A stretch of 63,998 bases of DNA, filler included, from Folioceros fuciformis (Eukaryota), in assembly GCA_049999805.1 (NCBI GenBank). It is 11 parts of 11 records of this genome, joined end to end, with 100 filler letters (N's around TTAATTAATTAA, not from the genome) between each part and the next. Parts side by side here need not be neighbours in the genome. Positions count along the whole stretch, not along the records: positions 31,348 to 40,095 come from JBNGIO010003966.1; positions 40,196 to 44,555 come from JBNGIO010003967.1; positions 44,656 to 55,191 come from JBNGIO010003968.1; 8 more parts are not named here. The stretch is one strand, 5' to 3'. This document shows positions 39,221 through 52,542 of this stretch, in pieces (within the stretch, counting starts at the first letter, position 1; every line of letters starts with the position of its first letter). The notes below the pieces were generated by a model. That model was not told the origin of the DNA. It made no database searches and saw nothing but the letters and a program-made list of their open reading frames with translations. Made by a program: the position numbers and the translations under genes.

Positions 39221-40822
39221 CTCTACACAAGAGCAGTAGAGTAGGGTTGTGCTCATCTTTTGCTTTGTAATGAAGTTCCCTTTCATATATATATATATAT
39301 CTAGAGATATTGAATAAAAAGTTTGTAGGTAAAAATATTACGTTTGTGGGTTATAGCGTTTTGTGGGCGGTAATGACCTTGTGGTGCGGAGATGATGGAA
39401 ACAGGTTGTGGACTCGGATCTCCAAAATGTGAGGATGTAAGGAGGTAGCCTCGCTCTAGTCCCCCTCTTGCCCGACCAGGCTTGCCGTCCCTTGCATCCC
39501 AGCCCACAGCTGAGGCAAGGCGAGCCCCGGTAGGCTGGGCGCAGCCCAGCTCCATCAGTGCAGGCACACATAGCTCGGCCTGATTCGGTGGCAGAAGCTG
39601 GAGATACAGGCCAAGGCCGGGCGAGGCCAGGGAAGGCAAGGCAATTGCAGGCACGCCCAGCCCCACCCCTGCGAGGGCCCCTACGCGCGCATAGCTTACG
39701 CTGGTGAATGGTGTGTGCCGGATTTCCAGGAGGCTGCTGGAGCGTTCGATCCGGTGGGAGGCATGGCCTGCTTCTAGGACAGGTCGTGCAGGGCGCACCC
39801 TGCTGTGCCAGCCATGTCGCAAAGCAATTGGGAGGCGGACAAAATGTTAGTGTCTCTTCCCCGCCGTCTCTGCTTCTCCGAGCCCCTGCCCATCTGCTAC
39901 CAGCTGTACCCAGCTGGGGCCGCAGGATTGCCGCCGGCTCGGGGCCGGGCTCGGCTCGGCTGGGCTGGGCTGGGCGGGTTGTGGGTTTTTGTGGGTTTGT
40001 GTTTGTGGTTGTGGGTGTGAGCGTGCGGTCGCCGGCGCCGTCGCCGTTGCGGTGTGCGGTGTGCGGTGTGTGAGCTGGGGTGTGGGATTGGAGATNNNNN
40101 NNNNNNNNNNNNNNNNNNNNNNNNNNNNNNNNNNNNNNNTTAATTAATTAANNNNNNNNNNNNNNNNNNNNNNNNNNNNNNNNNNNNNNNNNNNNCTCTA
40201 AAGGAGATGGTGATCTTTTTAATTTCTTCTTGTTTTTAGAAGAAAGAGAAAAAAAAAAAAAAATGTAGGCAGCACGGCAACGAGCTGTGGCCGGGGTGCC
40301 GTGGCCATGGTCGTGTGATTTAGGGAAACACCACTCCCTGTATAGCAACACAACGCGCCCTGTAACTGTAGACACGAAATGCATCTGAGACAGGAACCCG
40401 CGCAGCGGAAGCGTGGTGAGCCCAAACATGATGCTCCGCAAGCAGGAATGCTCTTAGGCTGCAGAATTATAAGGATGGAGAAGGAACTGGCCACGGCGAC
40501 AGCATCGCGGCAGTGATCAAAGTGATCATTCCATACAGCGGCAGGAACATGTGGCTGGCACGATTGATCGTGGTTGTGTGTACTCCGCTCCCTGCCAGCC
40601 GTAGGCACAAACACGCATGTTGCTCCTGGATGGTTGCGGAGCAAGATCCAGCCGCGGCAGCATCGAATAGAACAGGAACAAACTGTGGATGCAGCAGCCA
40701 GGGCAGGTGCAAGCCACGGTGGCTGAGAGGCCACAAGGCAGAAGCAGAGGGCCACGTATGGATACCCCAATTGTGAGAGCCCGTTCCGAATCACCACCTT
40801 CAAAGTCCACGATCTCAAGGCA

Positions 40823-43800
40823 TTGGCTCCAAGGGTCGTTGCCTACCTGACTCAATCACCAGCATATCAGCGCATCAAAGGAGCTACTATGGCGAGTGTG
40901 ACACGCCTTGATTTCAAGGACAAGGATCGTTTTTCAGGGGCAAATTATGATGTATGGGCTCGCAGGGTCAAGACCTTGCTACAAGTCGAGGAATTGTGGG
41001 ACATCGTGGATGGCACAACTCTGAAGCCAGTGCCAACGCACCGCAGGCCGATGTTGCAGCATGGATTAAGAAAGATCTTAGAGCCAGGGCCATATTGGAG
41101 GCTACCATCGACAGTTCGATGATCTACCACATTGATAATGCATCTGAATCTTGCACGGCATGGACAGCTTTGTCACAAATGTTTGCGACTACAAATCAAT
41201 CCTCCCTGGTACATGCCACCAGATCCTTTTGGAATTGCAAGATGAAAGACACGGACAGCGTTGAGGAGCACGTGATGCGATTTCGCCACCTTAGACAGAA
41301 GCTGGCATCCGCAGGCACGACAGTCACGGAGTTGCAGGCTTCGGTGGCTTTGCTCATGTCATTGCCAGACAAATACCGGGTATTTGTTAGCACACAAAAC
41401 AGCAGCTTGAGGACTGCTACTGCTGCTACTGTGTCTCTATCCAACACAATTGGTGCTTTGCTTGAGGAGGAAGCGACCATGCACTCAAGCCGTGGAGGCC
41501 AAGGTTCGCACAGCCAGGTCCTTTATGCTGGCCGAGGAGGAAGAGGGGGTCGTGGTGGCCGCTTTCGCACACGACCACTATCGCAAGGCAGAGGCAAAAC
41601 ACATGACGGTCGACCTCCACCAAACCCCAACCATAGGAAACTCACCTGCAATTGGTGCCGTCTTGTAGGCCACATAGAGGCCGACTGCAGAAAGAAAAAA
41701 GCCGGGGAGCCGAGGAGAGCATTGGAGGCTAATGTAGCTGCCCGGGCCAAAACGACAAATCCAAACACCATCCTTACTGTGTTCCTCGCACACACCAAGG
41801 CTGATCAAGATCATTGGTTTGTTGACTCAGGTGCCTGCGCGCACATGTGCTACATGCGAGAAGGCTTCATCAACTATACCACCTATGCACCTGGACAGCT
41901 TGTCCTACTTGGAGATGGGAGTGGACTTGCAGTTGCTGGCTGCGGCACAGTGCAAATTCAGCTGCAAGATGGATCCACCCGCCTGCTTCCCCAAGTGCTA
42001 CACGTTCCACAGATGTGTAAAAATCTACTATCAGTTCGGCATCTTTGCAGGGACTGGATGGTCAATATTTCTTTCAGCGAAAAACACTGCGAGCTGCAAG
42101 AGATGCCGACAGACCACATCCTGGCCCTCGGTACCTTGCAGGCTGATTTATACAAGTTGGACTGTATCACATCACCTGCTAGACATCCACAGGCCCACTC
42201 AACATCTCAAGCCATGCTGGCTAAATGTCTTACACATGATGATCCTCAGCTCATGTGGCATTCAAGGCTTGCACATCCAAACTTCATAAAGATGAAACGG
42301 ATGACAGAGCAAGAGCTGTACCGTGAGAAACTTGATTGGAAGATTACTGATACACATGTATTATGTGGCGCTTGCATCCATAGTAAGATGGTCAAGAAGA
42401 AGCCTAAGAAGGGTGAGCAGAACCGTGCTTCTGACCTATTGGAAATGATCCATACGGATCTTTGTGAACCAATGTCAACACCATCTCTTGGTGTTTCCCT
42501 TTATTTTATGGCTGTCATTGATAATTACAGTAGATATACTGTCACATATTTCCTGCGACATAAGAGTGAGGCTCTAGGTATGCTCAAACAGTATGTGGAT
42601 TTTTCTCAACGACAAACCGGGAAAACTCTCAAGGTGCTTAGGACTGATAATGGGGGCGAATTTATTAGCGGNNNNNNNNNNNNNNNNNNNNNNNNNNNNN
42701 NNNNNNNNNNNNNNNNNNNNNNNNNNNNNNNNNNNNNNNNNNNNNNNNNNNNNNNNNNNNNNNNNNNNNNNCCATGCTATATCAATCTGGTTTATCCAAG
42801 CACTATTGGGCTGATGCAGTTCAAACTGCAACATATGTGCAAAATCGTCTACTTCCTCTTTCATAGGAGCTACCCCATATGAGCGGTGGACTGGTTGTAA
42901 ACCCTCCATCTCACATCTGAAAATATTTGGCAGCCGTGTGTATATGCATATTCCCAAGACGCAACGGAGGAAGCTGGATTACCAGGCCCGTGCTATGACC
43001 TTCATTGGATATACTGAGGGTATCAAAGGGTACAAGGTATATGACCCTACCTCCGGCCATGTTACTCACACCCGTGTTGGTATATTTGATGAACACAGCT
43101 TGCTGGTTGCGGCTTGTGCCCGAGAGGGGGGGAGAAAGGATGTGATGTCTGACCCTCAGGTTGCTGAACTCCATAGCGATAGTGACTCTGAAATTGAGCA
43201 AATAATCCCAAGTGTGAGTCAGCCACAAGCAGCTCTACCACAAGCCCCAAGCCATACCTCAGCTCCAGGCCTAAATCCACCATTACAAGTTGACACTGAT
43301 GTTGATGATGCATTTGAGGCCAGTGCAAGTGAGGATGAAGCTGATACCAATGTACCAACACAGCCTGAACCTGGTCAGCTTGCTACGCTTAGGAGGTCAA
43401 CGAGACATCACGCAAGCTCTCCCCTGGAATGGAGTCAAGTGCCACTTGCCATGGAAGGGCACATACAGCCTAATGCAAACACGAATGCCATGCTAGCTCA
43501 AATACTCACAGCAGCCCAAGACCTTGGTGAACCAGCATCCTACAAAGAAGCCATCAACTCACCAGAGAAGGAGCAATGGCAGGCAGCGATCCAATCAGAA
43601 TATGACTCTCTCATTGAGAATGAGACATGGGAATTAGTTGATTTACCTCATGGAAGGAGCCCAATTTCAAACAAATGGGTATTTAAAAGAAAACTCAACC
43701 CTGATGGCACTACAGCTAGATTCAAGGCTAGACTAGTGGTGCGTGGATTCTCCCAAAGAGAAGGGATAGACTATAATGAGACCTTCTCCCCTGTTGTGTG

Positions 43801-44555
43801 CGCGTCATCATTAAGAACACTCATGGCCATTACTGCCCAGCAAGGTTATCATGTCCACCAGATGGATGTACAGACAACATTCCTTAATGGCCTCCTTGAA
43901 GAAGAGGTATACATGATCCAGCCTGAGGGTTACATTGATGCCAAGCACCCAAACAAGGTTTGCAGGCTGAAGAAGACTCAGTACGGCCTCAAACAATCGA
44001 ATCGTGGGTGGAATTTGAGGCTGCATGCATACCTTGTAAGGAGAGGGTTTAAGCAATCAGATGCTGATGGTAGTGTCTATGTATATAAGAAGAAAGGGCA
44101 TACTGCCTACCTAGCAGTGTATGTCGATGACACAATCATTTTTGGATCCGATGATGGCATGGTAAAAGAGGTAAAGCGTATCTTGTCATCAGAATTCAAA
44201 ATGACAGATTTGGGCCCTTGCAAATTCTTCTTAGGTGTCCAATCACTCATGAACTCAACGACAGGAGGTGTGTTTCTCCACCAACAGCATTATGTCAACA
44301 GACTACTTGAGAAGTTCAATATGCTAAATGCGAAGCCGGCAGCAACTCCAGCTGCAGTGGGGGCTACCCTGACACAAGATCAATGCCCCAAGACACCTGC
44401 TGAGCAAAAGGAGATGGAGAACATACCGTATAGGGTTCTTGTAGGTTGCTTGCTATGGTTGAGTGGATGGACCAGACTTGATATTGCCCACGCCACGTCA
44501 ATTGCCTTACAGTTCCTAGCCAATCCAGGACAGCAGCATTGGATAGCTGCCAAGC
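40823..44555 (+). mobile_element. Ty1/copia gag-pol (frameshifted, gapped)
   Basis: FKDKDRFSG, CNWCRLVGHIEADC, WFVDSGAC, MWHSRLAH, TDNGGEF, FKARLVVRG and VYVDDT. Confidence 0.96.
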
Positions 44556-44899
44556 NNNNNNNNNNNNNNNNNNNNNNNNNNNNNNNNNNNNNNNNNNNNT
44601 TAATTAATTAANNNNNNNNNNNNNNNNNNNNNNNNNNNNNNNNNNNNNNNNNNNNAAGTTAAGTGGGTAAGGGAGGGGGATGGCCCCTCTAAATTCTTCT
44701 TCGATAAGGTGGCCGCTAACTGACATAAGACACCAATTCTTGCCCTCCCAGACGCGCGTGGCATGGTGCAAGAATCGCTCAAAGGTTTAAAGACTCTTAT
44801 TACCCTCTTCTTTGTTGGCATTTTCTCTAGTGTTGGAAGGTGGCAGGGTGGGAATAGCTTTGGTCTTCTTCTTACGGTGCGCTTTAGGCTAAAGTGTCC

Positions 44900-47800
44900 A
44901 AGAACCAGCGCAGGGCTCTGGATAGGCCGATAACTGCTGATGAGGTGTTCCAAGCCCTGAAGGGGATGCCGAGGGATAAATCCTAGGGCATGATGGTATC
45001 CCTCCCGAATTCCTGCTTTGGGGCTGGGAATTTATGCAGCCATTATTCATGGAGGCTATTAGTATGTTTTGGTAGGAAGGTAGCATGGGGAGTTGGTTCA
45101 ATATGGGGGTTATCTCCATGCTCCCTAAGCAAGACGCCAATTTTTCAATCTCCAATTGGCGCCCAATTACCTTACTCACTACCACCTACAAGGTGATTGC
45201 TAAGGTACTGGTTAATCGAATTACTCCATTTCTTGGTGATTGGATTGAGAAAGAGCAGTGAGGTTCATTCAAAATAGGTGCATCCTGGACAACCTCCTAC
45301 TCTTGAGGGAAGCTAAGTACAACACTCAGGTACAGAAGAAAGCAACCATTTTCATTTCCCTTGACTTTTACAAGGCTTATGATTCTGTTGAGTGGCATTT
45401 CCTGTGGCGATGCCTTCGTAGTTTCGGGTTCGGGAATAATTTCTGCAGATGGATAGCCATCTCGTGTGAAGATGCAGGAGCCAAGGTGGCTGTTAATGGA
45501 TCGTTTACGGAGTGGTTTTGCATCTCTTGGTCGGTACGTCAGGGTTGCCCCCTTGCTCCATTCTTATTTATTATCGTCACTGACTTCTTTCTCAGAGTAG
45601 TCAAGCAAGACCCGGTAGTGGTGGGCATTCGGAACCTAGATGGAACGCAGCTAAGGGTCTTTGCATTTGCAGATGATACTCTCCTCTTTTCCTTGGNNNN
45701 NNNNNNNNNNNNNNNNNNNNNNNNNNNNNNNNNNNNNNNNNNNNNNNNNNNNNNNNNNNNNNNNNNNNNNNNNNNNNNNNNNNNNNNNNNNNNNNNGCTA
45801 AGTACAACACTCAGGTACAGAAGCAAGCCGCCGTTTTCATTTCTCTTGACTTTTACAAGGCTTATGGTTCTGTTGAGTGGCATTTTCTGTGGCGATGCCG
45901 TCGTAGTTTCGGGTTCGGGAATAATTTATGCAGATGGATAGGCATCTTGTGTGAAGATGCTGGAGCCAAGGTGGCTATTAATGGATCCTTTACGGATCGC
46001 TTTGGCATCTCTCGGTCAATACGTCAGGGTTGCCCTCTTGCTCCTTTCTTATTTATTATCGTCACTAACTTCTTTCTCAGAGCAGTCAAGCAAGACCCGA
46101 CAGTGGTGGGCATTTGGAACCCTGATGGATTGCAGCTAAGGGTCTCGGCATTTGCAGATGATACTCTCCTCTTTTCCCCGACAGAGGAGGCTTTATTGAA
46201 AGCGCTGCTCCAAGAGGTCAAGGTCTTTGGTGAGCTATCGGGCTGCAAGGTGAACTGGGGTAAGACGCGTATGAGGTGTCTTCATATGGAGGGGGAGCCT
46301 CCCCAGTGTATTAATCACATTAGGCGAATGACTTTGGGTTCTACCCACAAGTATTTGGGGTTTCCTTTCCAAGAGGAGGATGAGAATGGGGAGATAGGGA
46401 AGTACGTACTCTTCAGGTTCATTCGCAAAGCGACTAGTCTACAGTTGCATGAGCTCAACCTGGCAGGTAGGTTGGTTATGATTAATCATCTCCTTATTGC
46501 CACCTTATGGTATTATCTGTTTTTGTGGGCCCCTTCTAAGACAGAGGTGAAGTACTTACAACAGGTGCTGACCTCTTTCCTATGGAAGCGTTTGGGGGAT
46601 AGTATGGCTGGGTCCTCTAAAGTGGTTTGGCAACATATTATTCAGACACGAGGATTGGGGGGTCTCGGGGTGGTGGACCCGGTTGCCAAGATAAAAGTCT
46701 TGCATGCTCAATGGGTTGTCAGGGTAGCTGATTCGACGTACTATCCTTGGAAGAGTCTTCTAACACATTACTTGGACTGCACCCAAGTTGTCCCCAGGGG
46801 AAGGAGATCTATAGACAACATTCTGGCTGACAAATCGCTTCTCAATATTGCAGATTGCTCCCCGCTCTCCAAGTCCATCTGGAGCAGTTATCTAGAGGTT
46901 AAACAATATATTATCCCGGGTAACTTCTCTCTTGCGGATGATCTGCTTGGTATTCCTTTGCAGGGATTCTCAAGGCTGTGGGTTTAGGAGTTCAGGCCAA
47001 GAGTATATCGGTGCAAAATTTTCGGGCTGACGTGTCGGAGGGGCGTTTTCCAGCTTGGTTATTTGTGGAATAGATCTGAGTCCCATTGGAAGGAGGTAGA
47101 GGAGGTCAAAGGGCAATTTGGCGTTGGTGCCCGGCATGTCATATTCATTTTTTCTTGGCTACACGAGGGGCTAGAGGAACAGGTGCAAAAGATTTTAAGG
47201 CAACCACTTACCATAGGCGAGGAAGGGTGGTATGCGTACTCCATGGATAGTAGGGGAGTCAACTCGGAGGAAAAGGATGAATAGGAGGAAGCATTAGATT
47301 TAGATAGGGCGGTCTGGCTTGCGAGAGCTGATGGCAAAGAGACGTTGAAGTCGTTCAAGGTCATGTCGCCGGCCGGTTTTTTGGAAGCTTAGGGCAGGGA
47401 GGACGGGGAAGCCCGAGGAGAGGAGTTGCGGGCTCTCTAAGTTCGTTCGGGCTGGGCGATGGTGCATTCTAGGCGAACGCCCTATTGGGCCGCAAACCTC
47501 CGATAAAGCAAAGGTTCTGTGCTGGTTCCGACTGGGTGAAAATTGGGCTCTGACCTTCAGACCAGATCTCTACAAGTGGCCCAAGCGTCCAGGGTGCAAG
47601 AAGGCTAGCTCTCGATTTTTCTTCTGAAGGATCGCTAGAGGAGCTACATGGTGAAGGAGGAGAGGAGAAGACATTGAGGAGAGGAGAAAGAGAGGTCACA
47701 CTCTCACAATGAGTCTCTATATGCAAGGGAGCTCAAGGGGGTACTTATACCCTCTAGAAGAGCTCCCTAGGAAGCTTCACAAGAAGCGCACAGGAAGCTG

Positions 47801-48855
47801 CGCAAGAAGCTTCCTACAAATTAGCTTAAGCTAATCTAAACTAATGGTACTTAACTATACACTAATCTTAGACTAAACATATTAGTCTAAGCACATTGGG
47901 CTTTAATAACCCTATATCTTCAACTTTCCAACGGCAGACTTGTTCCTCTGGCTGGTGCGAGTGCAGAAAATCAAGCAAAGACAACCAATGGCTCCCCGAC
48001 TGTAGTTATCTGGAGGGCGACAAAGGGAAGCCGTCAAGCTTCTATGGAAGTCCGCAGGATTTTCCCCTAAGGTCAGGTAGACGTATGGTTTGGTGCTTCT
48101 TTCAAGCATGTTTGCCTAATGCGGATTGCTGGGATGGGCTTTTAGTTGCAACGGGAGAGGAACTATGTCGACTGTGCACCGCTTGGGCCCCGAACAAGAG
48201 TCAACACATGTTCTTTCACAGCAACTTTGCTCAAGAGATCTGGAGGGAGGTGGGCAGGAGGCTTTGATTGATTTCTCCTGGTGCTAACCTCAAGATCACG
48301 ATGCAATCATCCTTATCTGGGCTGGACGCAGCCTCGGGCAAACCTCTCCTTAAAACACAATGGTGGGGCTTATTGTGGTCTTTGTGCCTTTTTCATCTCT
48401 GGGTCAATTGGTCCGCGGTGGTCTATGGAGGATAGGAGCCAGCTTCATCAAGAGATCTTTTGTAGCGCATATGGGAGCATTTATTGATTGCAGCAAAAGC
48501 TTTGGAGCAATCTCGTCGGAAACAGTTTAAGAGGAAAGAGTGGAGGTCGGCAGGCTTCCTAATGCTTGAGACAGATACGCATTGGAATCATTCAGGCCCA
48601 TGGGGAAAGCGAGCCTTTAGGGTCCTTGGGAGACTTCGAGGGGTGAGTACTAGTGGTTTTGGTAGTCTGCAGGTACCATAGTGTAAGGGAGCGCTCTCTG
48701 AGCCCCTTATCTTGAGTTTTGGACTCAAGGCCAATCTTCCACCCCTCTTTTGGTGCTCGACATGTGTACATATGTTAGTAGGGGGCCCCCTTTGTATCAT
48801 AAGTGGGAGGCATCTTCCACTCATAATCAGAATTCTTTTTTTCAAAAAAAAGAAA
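44900..48855 (+). mobile_element. L1-type LINE ORF2 (RT and zf-RVT), decayed, ending in an A-rich tail
   Basis: NWRPITLL, LDFYKAYDSVEW, RQGCPLAP, FADD, KYLG, GGLG and a C-terminal CCHC-like region. An A-run lies at about 48844-48855. Confidence 0.92.
47625..47916 (-). mobile_element. Solo LTR inserted in the LINE, TSD TCTTC
   Basis: Reverse-complement homolog of 51297-51552. TCTTC lies at 47620-47624 and 47917-47921. Confidence 0.88.
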
Positions 48856-49013
48856 TTTACATTGCTATGCTTAGGGCTAGCACCTTAGGTAGTTAGGTTA
48901 GATTGCAGTTATAACTGCGAGTACTACTTTGAGACTTGTGTAAGGATTAGACACTACTTTTCTATTCTATTATTCCTGTATGTATGCGTAGATCACATAT
49001 TAATATGTGAACA

Positions 49014-49026
49014 TGGTATCAGAGCC
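49014..49026 (+). promoter_or_regulatory. Primer binding site (tRNA-iMet)
   Basis: TGGTATCAGAGCC directly after an LTR-like CA end. Confidence 0.92.
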
Positions 49027-51296
49027 ATCTCTGATCTGTGTCTTTCTGCTTGCATTTCTAATTTAGAGCTTCAAACAATTGAAGTTTGTGAAATATGGAT
49101 TATATCCAATTTTTACAAAATGTAGAATAGACACGGTCTTATGTAGCGGTGGCACGATGCCGAGAAAAGGCATATGTAGGCAGAATTGGCCATCTGCCCA
49201 TAGACAGGGAAAGATGCCGCACATTCCTATTTCTGAATAACAGGATTTTTGGGCCCAATTTGAGAGACAATATTTCAAAAGCGTCCTCTCTTCTGTTGAG
49301 CAAGAGAAGAGAACTAGGTTCTTGAAGACGTTTCTTGAATCTTACGGTGCCAATCAAACGGAGGTGCTCCCACCTGCTAATTCAGGCCTGCAAATTCAGA
49401 CAGAATCACCGAGTTATACATTGCAACCAATTGGAATCTGCAGATGTTGCAAATCCTATCCGCTGCAAGATGAGCACAAACAACCTGACCTGAATCAACG
49501 TGACGCTCTCCTCAGCTCCTTGCTGAATGTGAAGTCTGCAGTGCTGGAGACCTCCAAGCGTGTAGATATCTTGACCACCCGCTTGGATCGCCTGGAGAAA
49601 CAGCGAGCGTTAGATCAAATCTAAGTAGTTGGTTTGGAATTGGAAGTCAAGAAACATGCTTCGGAGATCATTAGCCTTAGAGAGCAACTTGCTGATCTAA
49701 GGCCCTCTACTTCTTAGCAAAGCAAGTCAGACACTATGGTGGCAGACCAGTCTTCTGACCGCTTGCAGGAGAAGGATCGACTTACCTCTTATAATTTTGA
49801 TGCTTGGTCGTTTAGAGTTCGATGCATTCTTAAGGAAAAACTTCTAATGGATGTCACTGATGGTACTGATCCTGAGAGGGTGGCTGGTCAACCATCTAGC
49901 ACATTGACACCGGGTGGTGTCAATTACGTGCCTTGGACTCAAAAGGATGCAATGGAGTGGAATCACAAAGATAGAAAAGCAAAAACCATCCTGGTTGGAT
50001 CTGTTTCACAGGAGATGATTCCTCTGATAAAGTTGGCCAAGCATGCACATGATGTCTGGACTTTGCTAAATGATATGTATGAAGCAAAGGATATGATCTC
50101 TGTTGGAGCAGCCACTGTCCACTAGCAAAATTTGCGCATGAAAGAAAATGAATCATTGAGGGCTTCGTTGCCAAGTTTAGGGCAGCAACAGCCAGGCTTG
50201 CCGCATGTGGCGTTATCATCGATGATAGTCAGGCTGCCGTTCAGTTTTTGTTGGGTGTTCCTTCATGCTATGAAACCTGGAGTTCAAGTATTCAGGCAAC
50301 AGCAACTATTACCCCAGCAACAGCAACAACCTCAGCAACTACGTCCCTGACTGTTCAGAAGTTAGTTGGAACTTTGCTGCAAGCAGAAGCCAACATAAAA
50401 TACATGATTAGCAAGGGTTTTTCAAGCTCTTTGCATAAGCAGAGTGATACTGCTTTATGGACAAGTCGCGGCAAAGGTCATGGCAGAGGAAGAGGGTGTG
50501 GACGTGGAGGTTTTGGTAGACGTAGAGGACAAGCGTCCAGGCCTAATCCCAACTTTAGTTCACAGTAGTCAGTGAAGAAACCTGGTGTGTGCAGCTACTG
50601 CCACAAGCCAGGGCACTTGGCAAGAGATTGCAGAATCAAGCAAAGAGATGATGCTGGAAAAGGAAAACAACATGAAACAAATGTGACAAGGGCAACCACA
50701 CCTGGTCTACTTGTGTCTTATCTCTCCTCTGTCACAAATAGTAAGAATCAGTGGTTCTTAGATAGCGGGGCTTCTAACCACATGTGTTCTTCTAAGAAGT
50801 CTTTTCTGAACTACAAAGAGGCTCCAAGTGAGCATGCTGTTGTTCTGGGAGATAATTCCCGCATTCCTATTAGAGGGATAGGAACTCTTGTCATTACTCT
50901 GAAAAATGGCAAAACTTGGGAGTTAGAAAACGTGTTGCATGTTCTAGCACTGAAGAAGAATCTTGTGAGCACTATGGCTTTGGGAGAGACGGGCCTGTAC
51001 AGAATTTTGTTTGAAGGTCTAGAGTGTGTTATAACGAGAGTAAATACACCCATAGATGTCATTGCTAAATGCACCCCCTTATATGACCTGTATATACTTG
51101 ATTTTGTCTCTGATGTCCCTCCACAGTCTGCAGAATTAATAGAGAAGGCAACTTTAGTAAGTCTGACCTAGCGTTTAAGTGGCACTGTAGGTTGGGACAT
51201 CCAAATATTCAGGCTATGAGACATTTGCTCAAAGAAAAGATGGTGAGAGGTTTTTCTGAGTCTGACTTACCGGATCTAGATCTATGTGTTGCTTGT

Positions 51297-51552
51297 TGTA
51301 GGCTTATTAAAGCCCAATAAGCTTAGACTAATGTGTTTAGTCTAAGATTAGTGTCTAGTTAAGTATCATTAGTTTAGATTAGCTTAAGCTAATATGTAGG
51401 AAGCTTCTTGCGCAGCTTCCTGTGCGGTATAAATACCCCCTTGAGCTCCCTTGCAATGAGGGACGCATTGTGAGAGTGTGACCTCTCTTTCTCCTCTCCT
51501 CCTTGCCTCCTCCTCTCCTCCTTCACCATGCAGCTCCTCTAGCGATCCTACA
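51297..51552 (+). mobile_element. Solo LTR (256 bp) inserted in the copia GAG-pre-integrase region, TSD CTTGT
   Basis: Termini TGTAGG...CCTACA. CTTGT lies at 51292-51296 and 51553-51557. Removing the insert restores LCVACVHGKQ. An internal TATAAATA is present. Confidence 0.93.
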
Positions 51553-52542
51553 CTTGTGTGCACGGCAAACAATTTAAATCTCATTTTGGATCTGGTAAGC
51601 CTGGGAGACAAACACAAGTGCTGGATTTAGTGCATACTGGCATATGTGGTCCTATGTCTACTCCAAGTTGGGGAGGAGCCAGGTACTTTGTGGTGTTTGA
51701 GGATGACTGCACACATTTTACAGTAACTGAGCTGTTGAAACATAAGAGTGACGTATTTGATAGTTTTAAAAGATACCTGGCATATGTCAAACGTCAGACA
51801 GGCTATCAGTTGGAATGCATCCATTCGGATAATGGGAAGGAATACCTATCACATGCATTTCAGGAGTTTTGTCAGGAACGTGGCATTACTAGACAGCTTA
51901 CAATCCTGTGGAATGTGGGTTTTTGGCAAATAACCGTAGTAGGTAGGGAGCGGCTAATAATATTTTTAGTTTTGTTTGGTCTTGGTTTGGTAGGTTAGAT
52001 GAGTGGCGATAATAAGGGGTAGTATTATAAAGAAGTTACCTTCTTTGGGATGGCTACCTATAGGGAGGTATGCCCACGTAGGGAAGATATCTCTATGGGA
52101 GGTAGTACCCAAATAAGAAATATAGTTGTGAAGGGCAAGCTACCTACAGAAAAGGGGACACCTATGTACGGTATCTATTAAGGGCAGTTACTACATATAG
52201 AAGTATACCTACGACAAGAGGGTATTTAAAGGGGTCCCTACCTAAGGTGTCCCATCAACGAAGGGTGCTCACTTCCACGTAGGGAACTACATCTACCTAC
52301 ATAGCGGGGAATAAGGAGGCATAGTTGTGCGACAAGACACCTACGCAGGGGATCTACTTGTTGTGACCAAGCGGACACAAAGAGAGAGAAAGGGCTTTGC
52401 TGTGGTGAGAGCCACAGGGAGAAACGTGCAAGGGACGTGAAATCAGCTGCACAGAAGCTGGGAGCAGTTGCCTACGGAGGTAGGGGTATAACCTTGCGTA
52501 AAGGAGGGCAACCGACATTCTTGGGGTTTTCTTCTATCAACT

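Larger units (their letters stand above)
48860..51906 (+). mobile_element. Ty1/copia 5' part (LTR remnant, PBS, gag, protease, integrase start), interrupted twice
   Basis: CA|TGGTATCAGAGCC, LQEKDRL, CSYCHKPGHLARDC, WFLDSGAS, WHCRLGH and HSDNGKEY. The integrase breaks off at about 51906. Confidence 0.92.

Noticed and set aside
45320-46180. Apparent tandem duplication of the LINE RT domain
   Set aside because: The two similar segments flank a 100-N gap, so this is most likely haplotype or paralog overlap in scaffolding.
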